This document shows, piece after piece, positions 52,961 to 64,000 of a DNA stretch of 64,000 nt. How positions within the stretch are numbered: the first letter of the stretch is position 1; each line of letters opens with the position of its first letter. The notes below the pieces were generated by a model. It saw nothing but the letters and a program-made list of their open reading frames with translations, was not told the DNA's origin and did not search any database. Both the position numbers and the translations under genes were made by a program. This DNA comes from Azolla caroliniana (lineage: Eukaryota > Plantae > Polypodiophyta): the NCBI GenBank assembly GCA_043228905.1, contig JBHGNT010000003.1, positions 10,912,001 to 10,976,000 of the forward strand, written 5' to 3'.

Positions 52961-54673
52961 CTAAAAAATATCTAACCTAATCCATTCTAATTTAATCTAG
53001 TCTATCTTTGCCGTTATCTCTTTGATTTCTAGTTTATCATACGTGCCACTTAAATTGTGGGATACCTTTGTGTTGATGTTTTGAACTATGTTATGATGGA
53101 CAGACAAGAGGGATGGTATTAAGTAATTCGTGAAAGATAGAGTAGTTTGATACCGATTTAAAAGATAATTAATGATCTAGAGCATAAAAGAAGCTCATAA
53201 GAATCATGATAGTTTATTACTAAAGTGTATAAAGATTTATTTTAATATTCTAGGTGTAACACCCATAAATAACATGATCCCTATTTCTTTTAAATTATGT
53301 TCAAAGAGCCATACTAGTGCCCAAAGCTAGAAAGAGGAGAACCTAAAATAGATTAATGGATGATTCTTGATTATAACATGGAAAAGTTTATCATAATAGT
53401 TGAATTGTCACTCCCATAGAAACTTCCTCACTTACTTTTTCCTAATCCCCTTTAAAGAGCCCCAATAGCCCCTAGAGAGAAAAAGAAGAACTTTACAATT
53501 GACTAATTGTTTGTATTTATGTATCTATCTTTAGGTTCATGAAACTGCTTTTTTCCCACACCTACTTTCTCTTTTGCTAAGTTTAATTTTGCTTTTTTGT
53601 ACACTACCCATCTTCCATTTTCAAAGTGCGTAGAGCTTCAAATTGCATGTTGCAAAATGATATAGAATGTTGTAAAATTTTGGGAGGCTAGCAGCATGTA
53701 GAGATTTATGAGAAGAGTGATACTACTATGTTGGCATTATGATGTTGGTGATAGGTGTTTATATGCAAGGCATACATAGAAAGTTCATATATAAAACACC
53801 AATAGAAAAATTTGAGAATTTTTTAGGATTGGGAGGTGTTTCAACACACACGAGAGTTACCTTGGAATCAAGGTCAAAATGGGATAAATGAGAGGTTTTC
53901 ATCACTAGTAAAGTCTCCATGCTATCCCTCATATGCCTTAAAGAAGGGGCTAAAAATGATTCCTTTTATATAGCTTGGCAAGTATTTTGTCCTTTTATGG
54001 GTTTATTGCATAATGTTTGGCTCAATGCCTACATAAGGGGTACGTAGATTCCTACACAGATTGAGTGTAAATGAACATGATAAACACATGATCAATTATT
54101 GATGTTTTTTGGGAGGTTATTGTAAATAGGATAGACAAAGATAAAAGGACACTTGGTGAGACTAGAGAGGACCCTCTATCCTCAAGAATATATGGATGAA
54201 CTTAAGGATGTTGTCGCCCCATAGAGAAACATTTCTATCACCAAAGTGTCAAAAAAATATTTCTTGAGGACACTAACATTTAAATTATTGATAATATGCT
54301 CTCTTTCTCACCTTTTTGTGGGTGATAGCACATCCATTCCATCAATAGTTTCAAGGAACTTTAGGGCCAAGGTACTTAAATCTTCCCATTGTTTTAAATG
54401 GTTCATTATTGTACATAATGCATGGTTTATTCTTACTTTAGCTCTTGACAAGCATAATTGTTGTTTTAGATTTTTTGACACTCAACTCTGTATGTTTACA
54501 AAATGCCTCTAATGTTTTCATAAGATTATGTGCATCCCCTAAAGTATTTGTAAGAAGTGTCTACATAAAACAAAAGTACAATGACTACATTCAGAAAGAC
54601 TACTTCATTGCTTTCTTCCTTTACAAACTTGGCAATAATTTGTTCTATATGCGTTGACGAGAGTGGACAACTA

Positions 54674-55050
54674 TGATAAGCATAACCATAAGTTATCTTG
54701 TGGTAGTTTGTGTTATTGTATTCTATACATGAGGATAAGAGCATGAGGGTTAATCGAGAGTGTAAAGAAGGAAGATTACTTTTAATCTTAAGGATTGAGA
54801 CAACCCGTTAAGGGCGAAGTGTTAACTTGCCTAGGGGACTTATGCCTAGGTAGAAATATGAGAGCTAATCTCATTAGACACATTATTCGACTATGTTCAG
54901 AATGTGACCTTGTGGTGATCTAACTCTTGTGGCAAACGTGCATCAATATCAGGTATGAATCAAAGCCATTGTGGTGGTATGGGACACTGTTCAAGGCTTG
55001 GGTTTATTTTGATCCCTTCACTCAGGGGTGATCAATGTCTTTTCCTTATT
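54674..55050 (+). mobile_element. Old diverged copy of LTR family A
   Basis: gagggttaatcgagagtgtaaagaagg...ggattgagacaacc...gatcccttcactcagggg colinear with 62140-62594. Confidence 0.7.
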
Positions 55051-55440
55051 TATATGCTTACATCAAAATAATTCACTGAACAACATCCTTCTTTAACACC
55101 AATAGTGTGATGGAAAAAATTTGAAGTTTCATCAACCATATGCACACAACGTATAACTTTCTTATAGATTCGAGTAATTGCAAGCATATACTCATTTGGC
55201 AACTCGAGTTCTTCCATGCGCATCCAAGTATACTCATGAGGTGTCATATCAAAAGCTTTATTGAAAATTTATGAAGCCACTATATAACACCCCTTACCTT
55301 TTATTCATCTTTCTTCCATTAATACTTGAAGGATGATAAGGTGATCAATGATTTTATGATGTTTTTGAAAGCTAGCTTGTTTCTAAGCCCTGTTATTATT
55401 ATTTTTCCATTATATTGTCGAACAATATTGCCATTAGTGA
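55050..55440 (-). mobile_element. RTE-like LINE reverse transcriptase fragment
   Basis: QASFQKHHKIIDHL, FNKAFDMTPHEYTW and TIGVKEGC motifs. Confidence 0.65.
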
Positions 55441-55980
55441 GGCGACCATTAACCAAAGCAAACAATTTAACAAATGGTAAACCAAACCTTTTTTAAACCA
55501 AGATTGTTTAGGAAATAGCTAAAACCAAACAAAGCCAATTATTAGAAGAATTAAACCTAACCATTTAAGTTTGACTAATTAAATAATTAAATAAACAAAA
55601 ATATTAAATTAAATAAGCTTTTAAGCTATATTAATTAAATGAATAAAAACACATTAAATTAAATAAGAATTTAAGTTAAATTAATAAAAACAATAAAAAG
55701 GAATTAATTAAACCATTAAGTATTTAATTTAAATTAATTAAATATATATAAAAAACATCAATCAAACCATTAAAGGGGAAAAAAAGTTAGCCAAAAACTA
55801 ATAATCCTTTAAACTAAACCATTTAAACTTATAAATTGATAAACTAGAGTTTTAGAACCAAACCAAACTAAAATGGAACCATTTATTAATAAGTCAAAAC
55901 CAAACCAAACCATGTAATTATTTTGAAACGGATAAATTGTTATACTATGTCTTAACGGTTCGGTTGGTTCGGGCCCATAG
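55441..55980. mobile_element. AT-rich MITE-like insertion
   Basis: AAACC repeats and CGGTTCGGTT end; interrupts the RT fragment; no clean TSD seen. Confidence 0.4.
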
Positions 55981-56069
55981 TTAGTGGCCATCATGGTTCA
56001 ATAATTGTTTACATTATTTACATCTTTACCTTTATGTAAAGGTTTAATTCAATTTGTAATCCAACTATC

Positions 56070-56484
56070 ATGCATGCCATGTTTCCCATGCATGATTAAA
56101 CATATCATTTATATGTGCACGTGCTTCATTTTTTGTACGTTTGCTCATTTTGGCTTGTAAACATTGAAGATTTCTTGCCTTTTGAGAAGCCAATGTTACA
56201 AGACTTGTGCATACATTTTTAATCGTAAAGAGGGGAGGAATAGTAATAGAGAGAGAGAGAGAGATCAAACAAAGGATAAAAGTCTTTATAAGTTGTGTTG
56301 ATCTACTTCAAACTAAAGTGCATGTCAAATTTCCCATAGATGATTAAAAATATCATTTATACATGTATGTGCTTCCTTTTCCATCCATATGTATATTTCG
56401 GCTTGTTTGATTGAAGATTGCTTGTTTTTTGAGAGCCCAATATTATAAGACATGTGCATACATCTTGAATCGTAATGGAGGCAT

Positions 56485-56552
<68 letters not shown>

Positions 56553-56820
56553 CAAAGGAGTACAAGTTTTATGAGTTCGGTAGATCTATTTTAGACCAAA
56601 TCGTATGCAAAGTTTCCCATGGCTTGTGCATATACCATGCTTGTGCTTCCTTTCTCATCCATTTGCACATTTCGGCTTGTATACATTGAAAATTGCTTGC
56701 CTTTTGAGAAGCCAATCTTTAGTTGTAAAGAAGGGAGGCATATGGGAAAGAGAACCATAATAAAGAGGAGGGGAGAGAGAGGATTACAAGTCTTATGAGT
56801 TGTGTTTATATACTTCAGAG
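56070..56820. repeat. Three degenerate ~250-280-bp units, each with a GA-rich tract
   Basis: tttcccat...ggcttgt...ttgaa...ttttgaga recurs near 56082, 56330 and 56613. Confidence 0.65.
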
Positions 56821-56944
56821 AAGTTAAGACTATGGGAGTAGGGAAACACATTACATATATGTGTTGCATGAAGTATGTTTTTTAACTTAAGAATAAAATA
56901 TTCTCTCCTAACTAATAGGAAAAGTAGCACCACTTTTGGAAAAA

Positions 56945-57395
56945 AACAAAAGGATAAAAAATTGAATGCAACAATTCTATAAATAGAGGATCTCAAATGA
57001 ATATTGATTTTTTGGCAAACTAATGAAAATAAAGGGGCAATTGTAGCATAAAGGATTTACGAACACTTCATGAAATATAAGATTTGTTTTTTCTTTTCCT
57101 ATTGTATCATCAACAGGAGAAATTTATAACTTATCATGTGCTTGTGGATGCACTTCTCATCTTTTGGCACAAACAAACTTAAGGATAAAAAATTGAATGC
57201 AACAATTCTATAAATAGAGGATCTCAAATGAATATTGATTTTTTGGCAAAATAATGAAAATAAAGGGGCAATTGTAGCATAAAGGATTTACCAACATTTC
57301 ATGAAATATAAGATTTTTATTTTCTTTTCCTATTGTATCATCAACAGGAGGAATTTATACCTCATCATGTGCTTGTGGATGCACTTCTCATCTTT
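56945..57395. repeat. Recent ~230-bp tandem duplication
   Basis: aaggataaaaaattgaatgcaacaattctataaatagagg at 56951 and 57181, near-identical. Confidence 0.9.
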
Positions 57396-58435
57396 CGGCA
57401 AATGACTATTATCATAACAATCATTGCGGGGGAAATTGTGGTTGCTCTTGTACCCACGAATATATGGGTCTTTTTGGGCCTCTATAAATATTTTTGTATC
57501 GTGTATTGAATTGTTGTGTAAAACTGTGATTTTATCAAGTGGTGCCAACATATTATCCACTATACTATGATGTGCATGTCCCAACCATGTATTTTTTATT
57601 TCTAAATGTAGAATTGTGTTAAAGGCTACTACACCAATTATCAATGTTTTAAAATACGTAAAGAAATATGTTGGAGAGATGGAGAGTTTATGCTAATTCA
57701 TTGAAAGATCTCGAAATTGCCTATGAGATGTATAAATATTACAATCATGATGATGACATCACATAAAAGTTGTGACCAATGAAAATAAAGCTACTAGTAA
57801 TGAGCAAAACTATAAAATCTCCTTAATGTTCTTGCAGTGCGTGAGTAATTTAATTTTGAAAACCTATTTTTTTTCTCTCTAGTCACATCTCTATTCCCAA
57901 AGTTTGTTGTATGAGGATGAAGCATGAAATAATAAGTATTGATGATAAACAAAGAAATGGCTCAAATACTTAAAGAATTTTATGACTAGCATTTAGAAGG
58001 GATATACAAATATTATTTCATAGTAGAGGGAAGGCATCAAATGCATGAAGTAATTTATGTCTTATGTTTCTACAAGGTGTGATAAATCCTATTTTGTTCC
58101 CCAATAAGACGGGTAGTGAAAATATGTTCTTGTAGTGTGTGAAAATTTGTAGGAAATCTTAATATTCTTTGCTAATAAAGATTATAATATGAAATTCACA
58201 TGTAAAAGCAAGAAAAGAGCCCTCTTTGCTAATCAATGAGCAAGAGAGCAAGGAAGAGGGGAGAAGGTGAGTCATCAACCACTCATCAATACAGTTATTT
58301 CCATGTCACCTCGTTGCAGCTTTTGATGCACACATATATAAGGAAAATACATAAGTACACTTATGTGTTAAGACATACTTAAACCCACTCATATACATAT
58401 GTATTTGTACACTTACAAGTACACAAAATTTCACT

Positions 58436-58491
<56 letters not shown>

Positions 58492-58629
58492 TACATTGTA
58501 AAACCTATTTGGAACATCAAAAGGAAGTTACAACCAACAATTATGAGAGATTTTGAAATCATCAACTCAATTGTCAAACCCATCTACCTTGATTCACTTC
58601 CCCAACACTCTCGCACATAATTTTACTCT

Positions 58630-59395
58630 ATTGGAATACCACCAAAAGGGATGAAAAGGGATGCACGGAAACGGTTGGCAATACGCAACTAGAATTTCTA
58701 TTTGTTGCAAAACACATTATATCATAAAGGCGCTGATGCTATTTGGAGAAGCGGAGTCCGAAGTGATGGAAAACTGGTAGTATTGCGGGAGGCACATTAC
58801 GGCATAATCAGTGGACATTGCGTAGGAGACAAAACAACTAGGAAGATTTGACAGAATGGCCTATGGTGGCCAACAACATAGAAGGATACAATTAGGTATT
58901 GTAGGGAGCGTGATCTCTACCAAAGGATGGGTCAGTGGATAGAAAAAGCCTGAATGCCCTACCAACTGGTGTTGCCTCTAGAGCCAATTCAGAAGTGGGG
59001 GCTAGATTTTGTTGGAGCATTCAAGCCAACAACCACAAGGACCGGCAATAGGTATATCATTGTCTCTACAGATTATTGCATGAAGTGGGTAGAGGCAAAA
59101 ACGCTGCATGACAATACGGTAACATCGACGACAAAGTTTTCATACAAATACATTTGGTGCTGATTTGACTGCTTGATTGAGTTGATTAGTGATTGGGGGG
59201 GTCACTTTATCAACAAAGTTATTGAAGACCTGACACTGTACTATGCCCTAGTGCATAAAAAAAGCACGTCATATTACTCACATGCAAACAGCCTGGCCGA
59301 ATCCATCAAGAAGACTTTGCAGACCATTGTAAAGAAGATCATCAACGAAAATAGGACGAATTGGGACATGATGCTGCATAGCGCACTATGGGCGT
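58630..59395 (+). mobile_element. Gypsy integrase remnant, cut at 59396 by an LTR start (TGTCGTGAAG)
   Basis: LREAH..GH, KWGLDFVG, TDYCMKWVEAK, LISD.GGHF and NWDMMLHSALWA motifs with stops. Confidence 0.85.
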
Positions 59396-60122
59396 TGTCG
59401 TGAAGATTTTTGGCAACAGTGTGAAAATTGCATGGAATGTACAAAATCGAGTGTGGTTCTTCACACAAGACATAAAACAAAAATAGTAAAGATACTATTT
59501 TAGATTAGCTTAATATCTTGGTACGGGTAGATGGAGGTCTTCACGAGCTTCCGAATGTACTTTACTACATTTGAAACCGATAACTAAATGTCAAGTTATG
59601 TGAATGTGAAGTTTGAGAAAAAGAAGAGAAAAACAAAATTGTGAGATATCCCATATAGATAGGACAATATCAGGATTCAAGAGTATATAAGTAGAGCCAT
59701 ATCTTTTTATATTTCATCTATGTGCTAGGAGCACAAAAAGGTTGGGTTGTATAACTTGAATGGACGACGATGGAATTGGATAGGCTAGACAACACCGGCA
59801 TTGGAACTGGAACGGATCGGATGGACCGGATAGACGGGTCGATCGGATAGGTTGATTGCGAAACACGGTGTCTTAAAGATTTTCGGTGTGAAACGAAAAA
59901 GCCCAGTCATTTCATTAAGTTATATTTTTATCATTATACTTTCACATGTAAATTCTCATACATGAGAGCTTGAATGAGTGACATGGTTATGATGCAACAC
60001 ATGTAATGCATGAGGGCCAAATGGTGAGCATGCATTTTATGCATGTCTTGCACACTCACATGCATTATATGCATGGGGCCATCTATAAAAGAGTGGATGA
60101 AGAAGAAAAACGGGCTAGGTAT

Positions 60123-61148
60123 TGTGAAATGCACATAAGAGATCAAAACCAGTCTACTTAGCTTCTTACTTCTTAATCAATTTATAGTTGATACAACGGA
60201 ACCCATTTGGGTTGGCTTGGCTAAACAGGGTGTGCTAAAAGGTGGGTCAACTTGAGCACACGCATCCTAAAAAGGGTGAGCTAAAAGGGTGGCACAAAGG
60301 AACACATGCACACCACATTTCCCCCCTACGAGAAACAAGAGATTGAGGGGCATGAACAAGAATAGGACATGTACATGAACATGAACAAGAACAAGAACAA
60401 GAACAATGGCTTGTCGAAGGAGGGGGAGCATCTGATAGCAGGTTTCAAATGGAAATCCATTGATGATTCTAGTGCGAGGCAAGGGTTACACCCATAGAGT
60501 GCTCGAAAAGGGTTGATTTATGCAACCATCTCGTGTTTGAGGGTCTTGTTGAGGTGTTCGGTGAAGATGGCGTGGGGATGTAAACATCTATGGACACGTA
60601 GTTGAGGTGCAATGACGTTGAGGACATCCCTGTGGAACTGTTGGCCTTGATAGTTGAACTTTCTCGTAGGGGGGAAATGTGGTGTGAGAAAGTGAGAGTG
60701 TCTAAGGTGAGGGTGTAGTGGGCTTACGTGCTAGAGAGGTATAGGTGGCGATCGCCAAAAAAGGACTTGGATGGAGGAAGCGGTGGATATCGGGAGGCCT
60801 AACTAGTGAACTAAGGCGGTGCTAATAGAAGAGATACTACTACAAGAGACTGACAAGAGTGTCGATGATGGTGGCGAGGGCGATGCTACCTACGAAGCGG
60901 AAGAGGCGGAAGCTTGGATGTGGGGGACTGGTACCCCGCATCTCCACCAATATGTGAAATGCACATAAGAGATCAAAACCAGTCTACTTAGCTTCTTACT
61001 TCTTAATCAATTTATAGTTGATACAACGGAACCCATTTGGGTTGGCTTGGCTAAATAGGGTGTGCTAAAAGGGTGGGTCAACTTGAGCACACGCATCCTA
61101 AAAAGGGTGAGCTAAAAGGGTGGCACAAAGGAACACATGCACACCACA
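60123..61148 (-). mobile_element. TRIM-like miniature LTR element with tRNA-Ala-type PBS
   Basis: LTRs 60123-60317 and 60953-61148 differ by 1 substitution and 1 indel; PBS TGGTGGAGATGCGGGGTA; PPT AGGGGGGAAA; flanks GTAT/ATAT. Confidence 0.9.
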
Positions 61149-61400
61149 ATATTAATCAAGAAATTTTAAAAAAAAGAAAAGAAAAAGAAAAATCGTTATC
61201 CAATTGGTGATGTATTTATCTTATTTTTAAAATCTAAAGTGAGGGGTTCAATCTTAATCTCTCTCCATTTCAATCTCTCTCAATCCAAAGTCAATCGTTC
61301 TAACTTATCTCAATCTCTCTCTCTCTTTCAATCTATCTTAATTACTTTCTCGCTAAAGCTAATGCAAACTTCGAATCCTTCCGGTCCAGAACCCCGACGG

Positions 61401-64000
61401 TGTCGCGAAGTTTCGCGCATGTGTGTTACTTGGGTGGGACCACGGGGGTCTTGGACTAGGGAGTACTCAAGGGATAGAGAAGACCTGAGGTTTTCTTTAC
61501 GACAATACTACTTCCCGACCCCTTCCCGAGCAAGGTCTCGTTGCCCTTTGTTTTGTGAGGCTGGTGGCTCTCGTTGCTCATGACTCGTCAACCTTTCGAG
61601 ATCACCACACGAGCCAAGTGACCAAACGGGTACAAGCAAGATGAGCACGCAAGATGAACGCACAAGGGGACGATAACACAAACATGAATGTCCATATGTC
61701 TTTATGAGGAGGAGAGGTGCATGGGTACGCCCGAACGCTTCCTCGTCACAAGACGTCGAACGTACGAGGAGGACACAAAACACACGCACAAATGCTCGTA
61801 CGCCTTTATGAGGAGGAGAGGTGCATGGGCACGCCCGAACACTCCCTCATCACAAGACGTCGAACGTACGAGGAAGACACAAAACACATGCACAAATGCT
61901 CGTACGCCTTTATGAGGAGGAGAGGTGCATGGGCACGCCCGAAACGCTCCCTCATCACAAGACGGTCGAATGTACAAGGAAGACACAAACACACACACAA
62001 AATGCTCGTACGCCTTCATGAGGAGGAGAGGTGCATGGGCAAGCCCGAACGCTCCCTCGTCACGAGACGACCGCACGTACGAGGAAGACACAAACACACG
62101 CACAAAATGCTCGTATGCCTTTATGAGGAGGAGAGGTGCTGTTACGGGCATGACCATTTAATATCCTGTGGTGAGAATTTACTGTAGTATTCTATACACG
62201 TGGATAAGTGTGAGGGTTAAACGAGAGTGTAAAGAAGGGGAGGATTACTTTTAATCCTCGGGATTGAGACAACCCATTAGGTCAAGTGTGAACTAGCTTG
62301 GGGGCCTTGGGTATCGCTATAAATAAGAGGCCTAGCTACCCTCATTTGATCATCTTTTGACTACATCGAGACTCTTCTCTTGTGGTGGGTCAACTCTTGT
62401 AGCGAGCGCGCCAGCACCAGGTACGACTCAACGCCACGGTGGTGGTATGGGATGCCGATCAAGGCTCGAGTCCGTCTCGATCCCTTCGCTCGGGGGTGGT
62501 CGGGTGGATCGGCACCCATCTTTCTCTTTCTCCTTTCTATCTATCATTACTTTATCCTTATCTTAAGCTTACTTTAGTACCTAAATCTCTAATAGATGCA
62601 TGGGCAAGCCCGAAACGGTCCCTCGTCACAAGACGACCGAACGTACGAGGAAGACATAAACACACACACAAATGCTCGTACGTCTTTATGAGGAGGAGAG
62701 GTGCATGGGCATGCCCAAAACACTCCCTCGTCACAAGACGACCGAACGTACAAGGAAGACACAAACACACACACAAATGCTCGTACGCCTTTATGAGGAG
62801 GAGAGGTGCATGGGCAAGCTCGAAACGGTCCCTCGTCACAAGACGGCCGAACGTACAAGGAAGACACAAACACAACACGAATGGTCGTACGTCTTTGTGA
62901 GGAGGAGAGGTGCATGGGCACGCTCGAAACGGTCCCTCGTCACAAGACGACCGAACGTACGAGGAAGACATAAACACACACACAAATGCTCGTACGTCTT
63001 TATGAGGAGGAGAGGTGCATGGGCAGGCCCAAAACACTCCCTCGTCACAAGACGGCCGAACGTACAAGGAAGACACAAACACACACACAAATGCTCGTAC
63101 GCCTTTATGAGGAGGAGAGGTGCATTGGCAAGCTCGAAACGGTCCCTCGTCACAAGACGGCCGAACGTACAAGGAAGACACAAACACAACACGAATGGTC
63201 GTACGTCTTTGTGAGGAGGAGAGGTGCATGGGCACGCCCGAAACGGTCCCTCGTCACAAGACGGCCGAACGTACAAGAAAGACACGAACAAAGAAAGAAG
63301 GAGAGAAAGAAACACGAATGATATCGACCAAAGAGATAAATACGTGTTTAATTCCAACGCAAGAGGATCCTTTATAAAATAGGGTTTGATTCCAATGGAA
63401 ACTTATAGTTAACCACAAGCTCAATCAAAACATAAATACTAAATGCCCTTCGAGACAAAGGCAAATCCGAACACGGCGAAGATGAACACAGGAGCACCAC
63501 CAAAATGCCAATCCCAACGAACCACGACGACCCGAACGGCAAGCACACGAGCTCGCAACGTCGAACCAACGAAGCTTGAGCTCACGAGCACTTCGAGTGC
63601 CAACGCGAAGAAGATGAGCACGTGGCGATGGGGGGATGAAGGGGTATGAGATGAAGAGAAATGGTGAATAAGAAGATGAAGAGCTCCGAACGAAAATTGG
63701 CGATAGTCTCCTCCTCCCAAAACGTCCTCCCCGAAATGAGCCCCCCTCAGCCTCATTTTATAGGAAAAAAGGAAGGGGGGTCGCCAATTTTGTCTTCAAT
63801 GAAAAATGAATAAATTTTTTCCTTAAATGACGTTGCACTGTAAAACTAGATTTGAAGCGTTCATGTCTAGCTAGAAGTCAATGTGACTATCCAGTAGCCC
63901 ATTAACTCTCTCTTGTATAATATATAATTCTATCTTTATAAATTCATAGCCTGTCCTCCCTCTACCTTTTATCTCTCCTCTCTTTTACTTTTTGCACGAG
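61401..64000 (-). mobile_element. LTR family B, second copy (runs off the window), with an 11-unit array
   Basis: Colinear with 15268-16800; units at 61714, 61818, 61922, 62028, 62133 (split), 62698, 62803, 62907, 63012, 63117 and 63221. Confidence 0.92.
62140..62594 (+). mobile_element. Solo LTR family A inserted in the array
   Basis: TGTTACGGG...CTCTAATA; 5-bp TSD GGTGC/GATGC splits one repeat unit. Confidence 0.9.

Noticed and set aside
61368-61392. tRNA 3'-end-like TTCGAATCCTTCCGGTCCAG next to LTR B
   Set aside because: No upstream cloverleaf and no CCA end adjacent to the LTR; too short to support.
61690-63290. Hammerhead ribozyme (retrozyme) in the 105-bp units, suggested by TTTATGAG...CGAAAC...GTC
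   Set aside because: The conserved CUGANGA core is not present in any unit, GAAAC is missing from many units, and the segment pairs better as a simple long hairpin.
61688-63377. Multiple overlapping ORFs (RRRGAWA.., YEEERCMG..)
   Set aside because: By-products of a near-105-bp repeat; the frame shifts between units and between the two LTR copies.

Overview
Eukaryotic land-plant nuclear DNA, most likely a fern or other seed-free plant (inferred from a DYW:KP-type PPR gene). There are three apparently intact genes: a two-exon PLS-class PPR-DYW:KP gene (2075-6692), a small RIN4/NOI-family gene (9617-9934, minus strand) and a single-pass membrane protein with a proline-rich tail (49437-50420). 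The last has a transposon-disrupted tandem paralog at 42973-44392. The rest is deeply nested transposable elements: Gypsy and Copia LTR elements, hAT elements with 8-bp TSDs, a Sola1-like DNA transposon, LINEs and a TRIM-like element. Highlights: (1) a candidate U-to-C RNA editing enzyme; (2) a LINE carrying intronless MAPK and PPR fragments inside its own TSD-bounded copy; (3) a 298-bp fold-back element built only from scrambled LTR 5' ends and flanked by a perfect 5-bp TSD; (4) an LTR family carrying a variable array of ~105-bp hairpin units with a higher-order repeat; (5) a Sola1-like transposon with an atypical TSD and a palindrome array. All calls come from reading the sequence by eye; no database searches were run.
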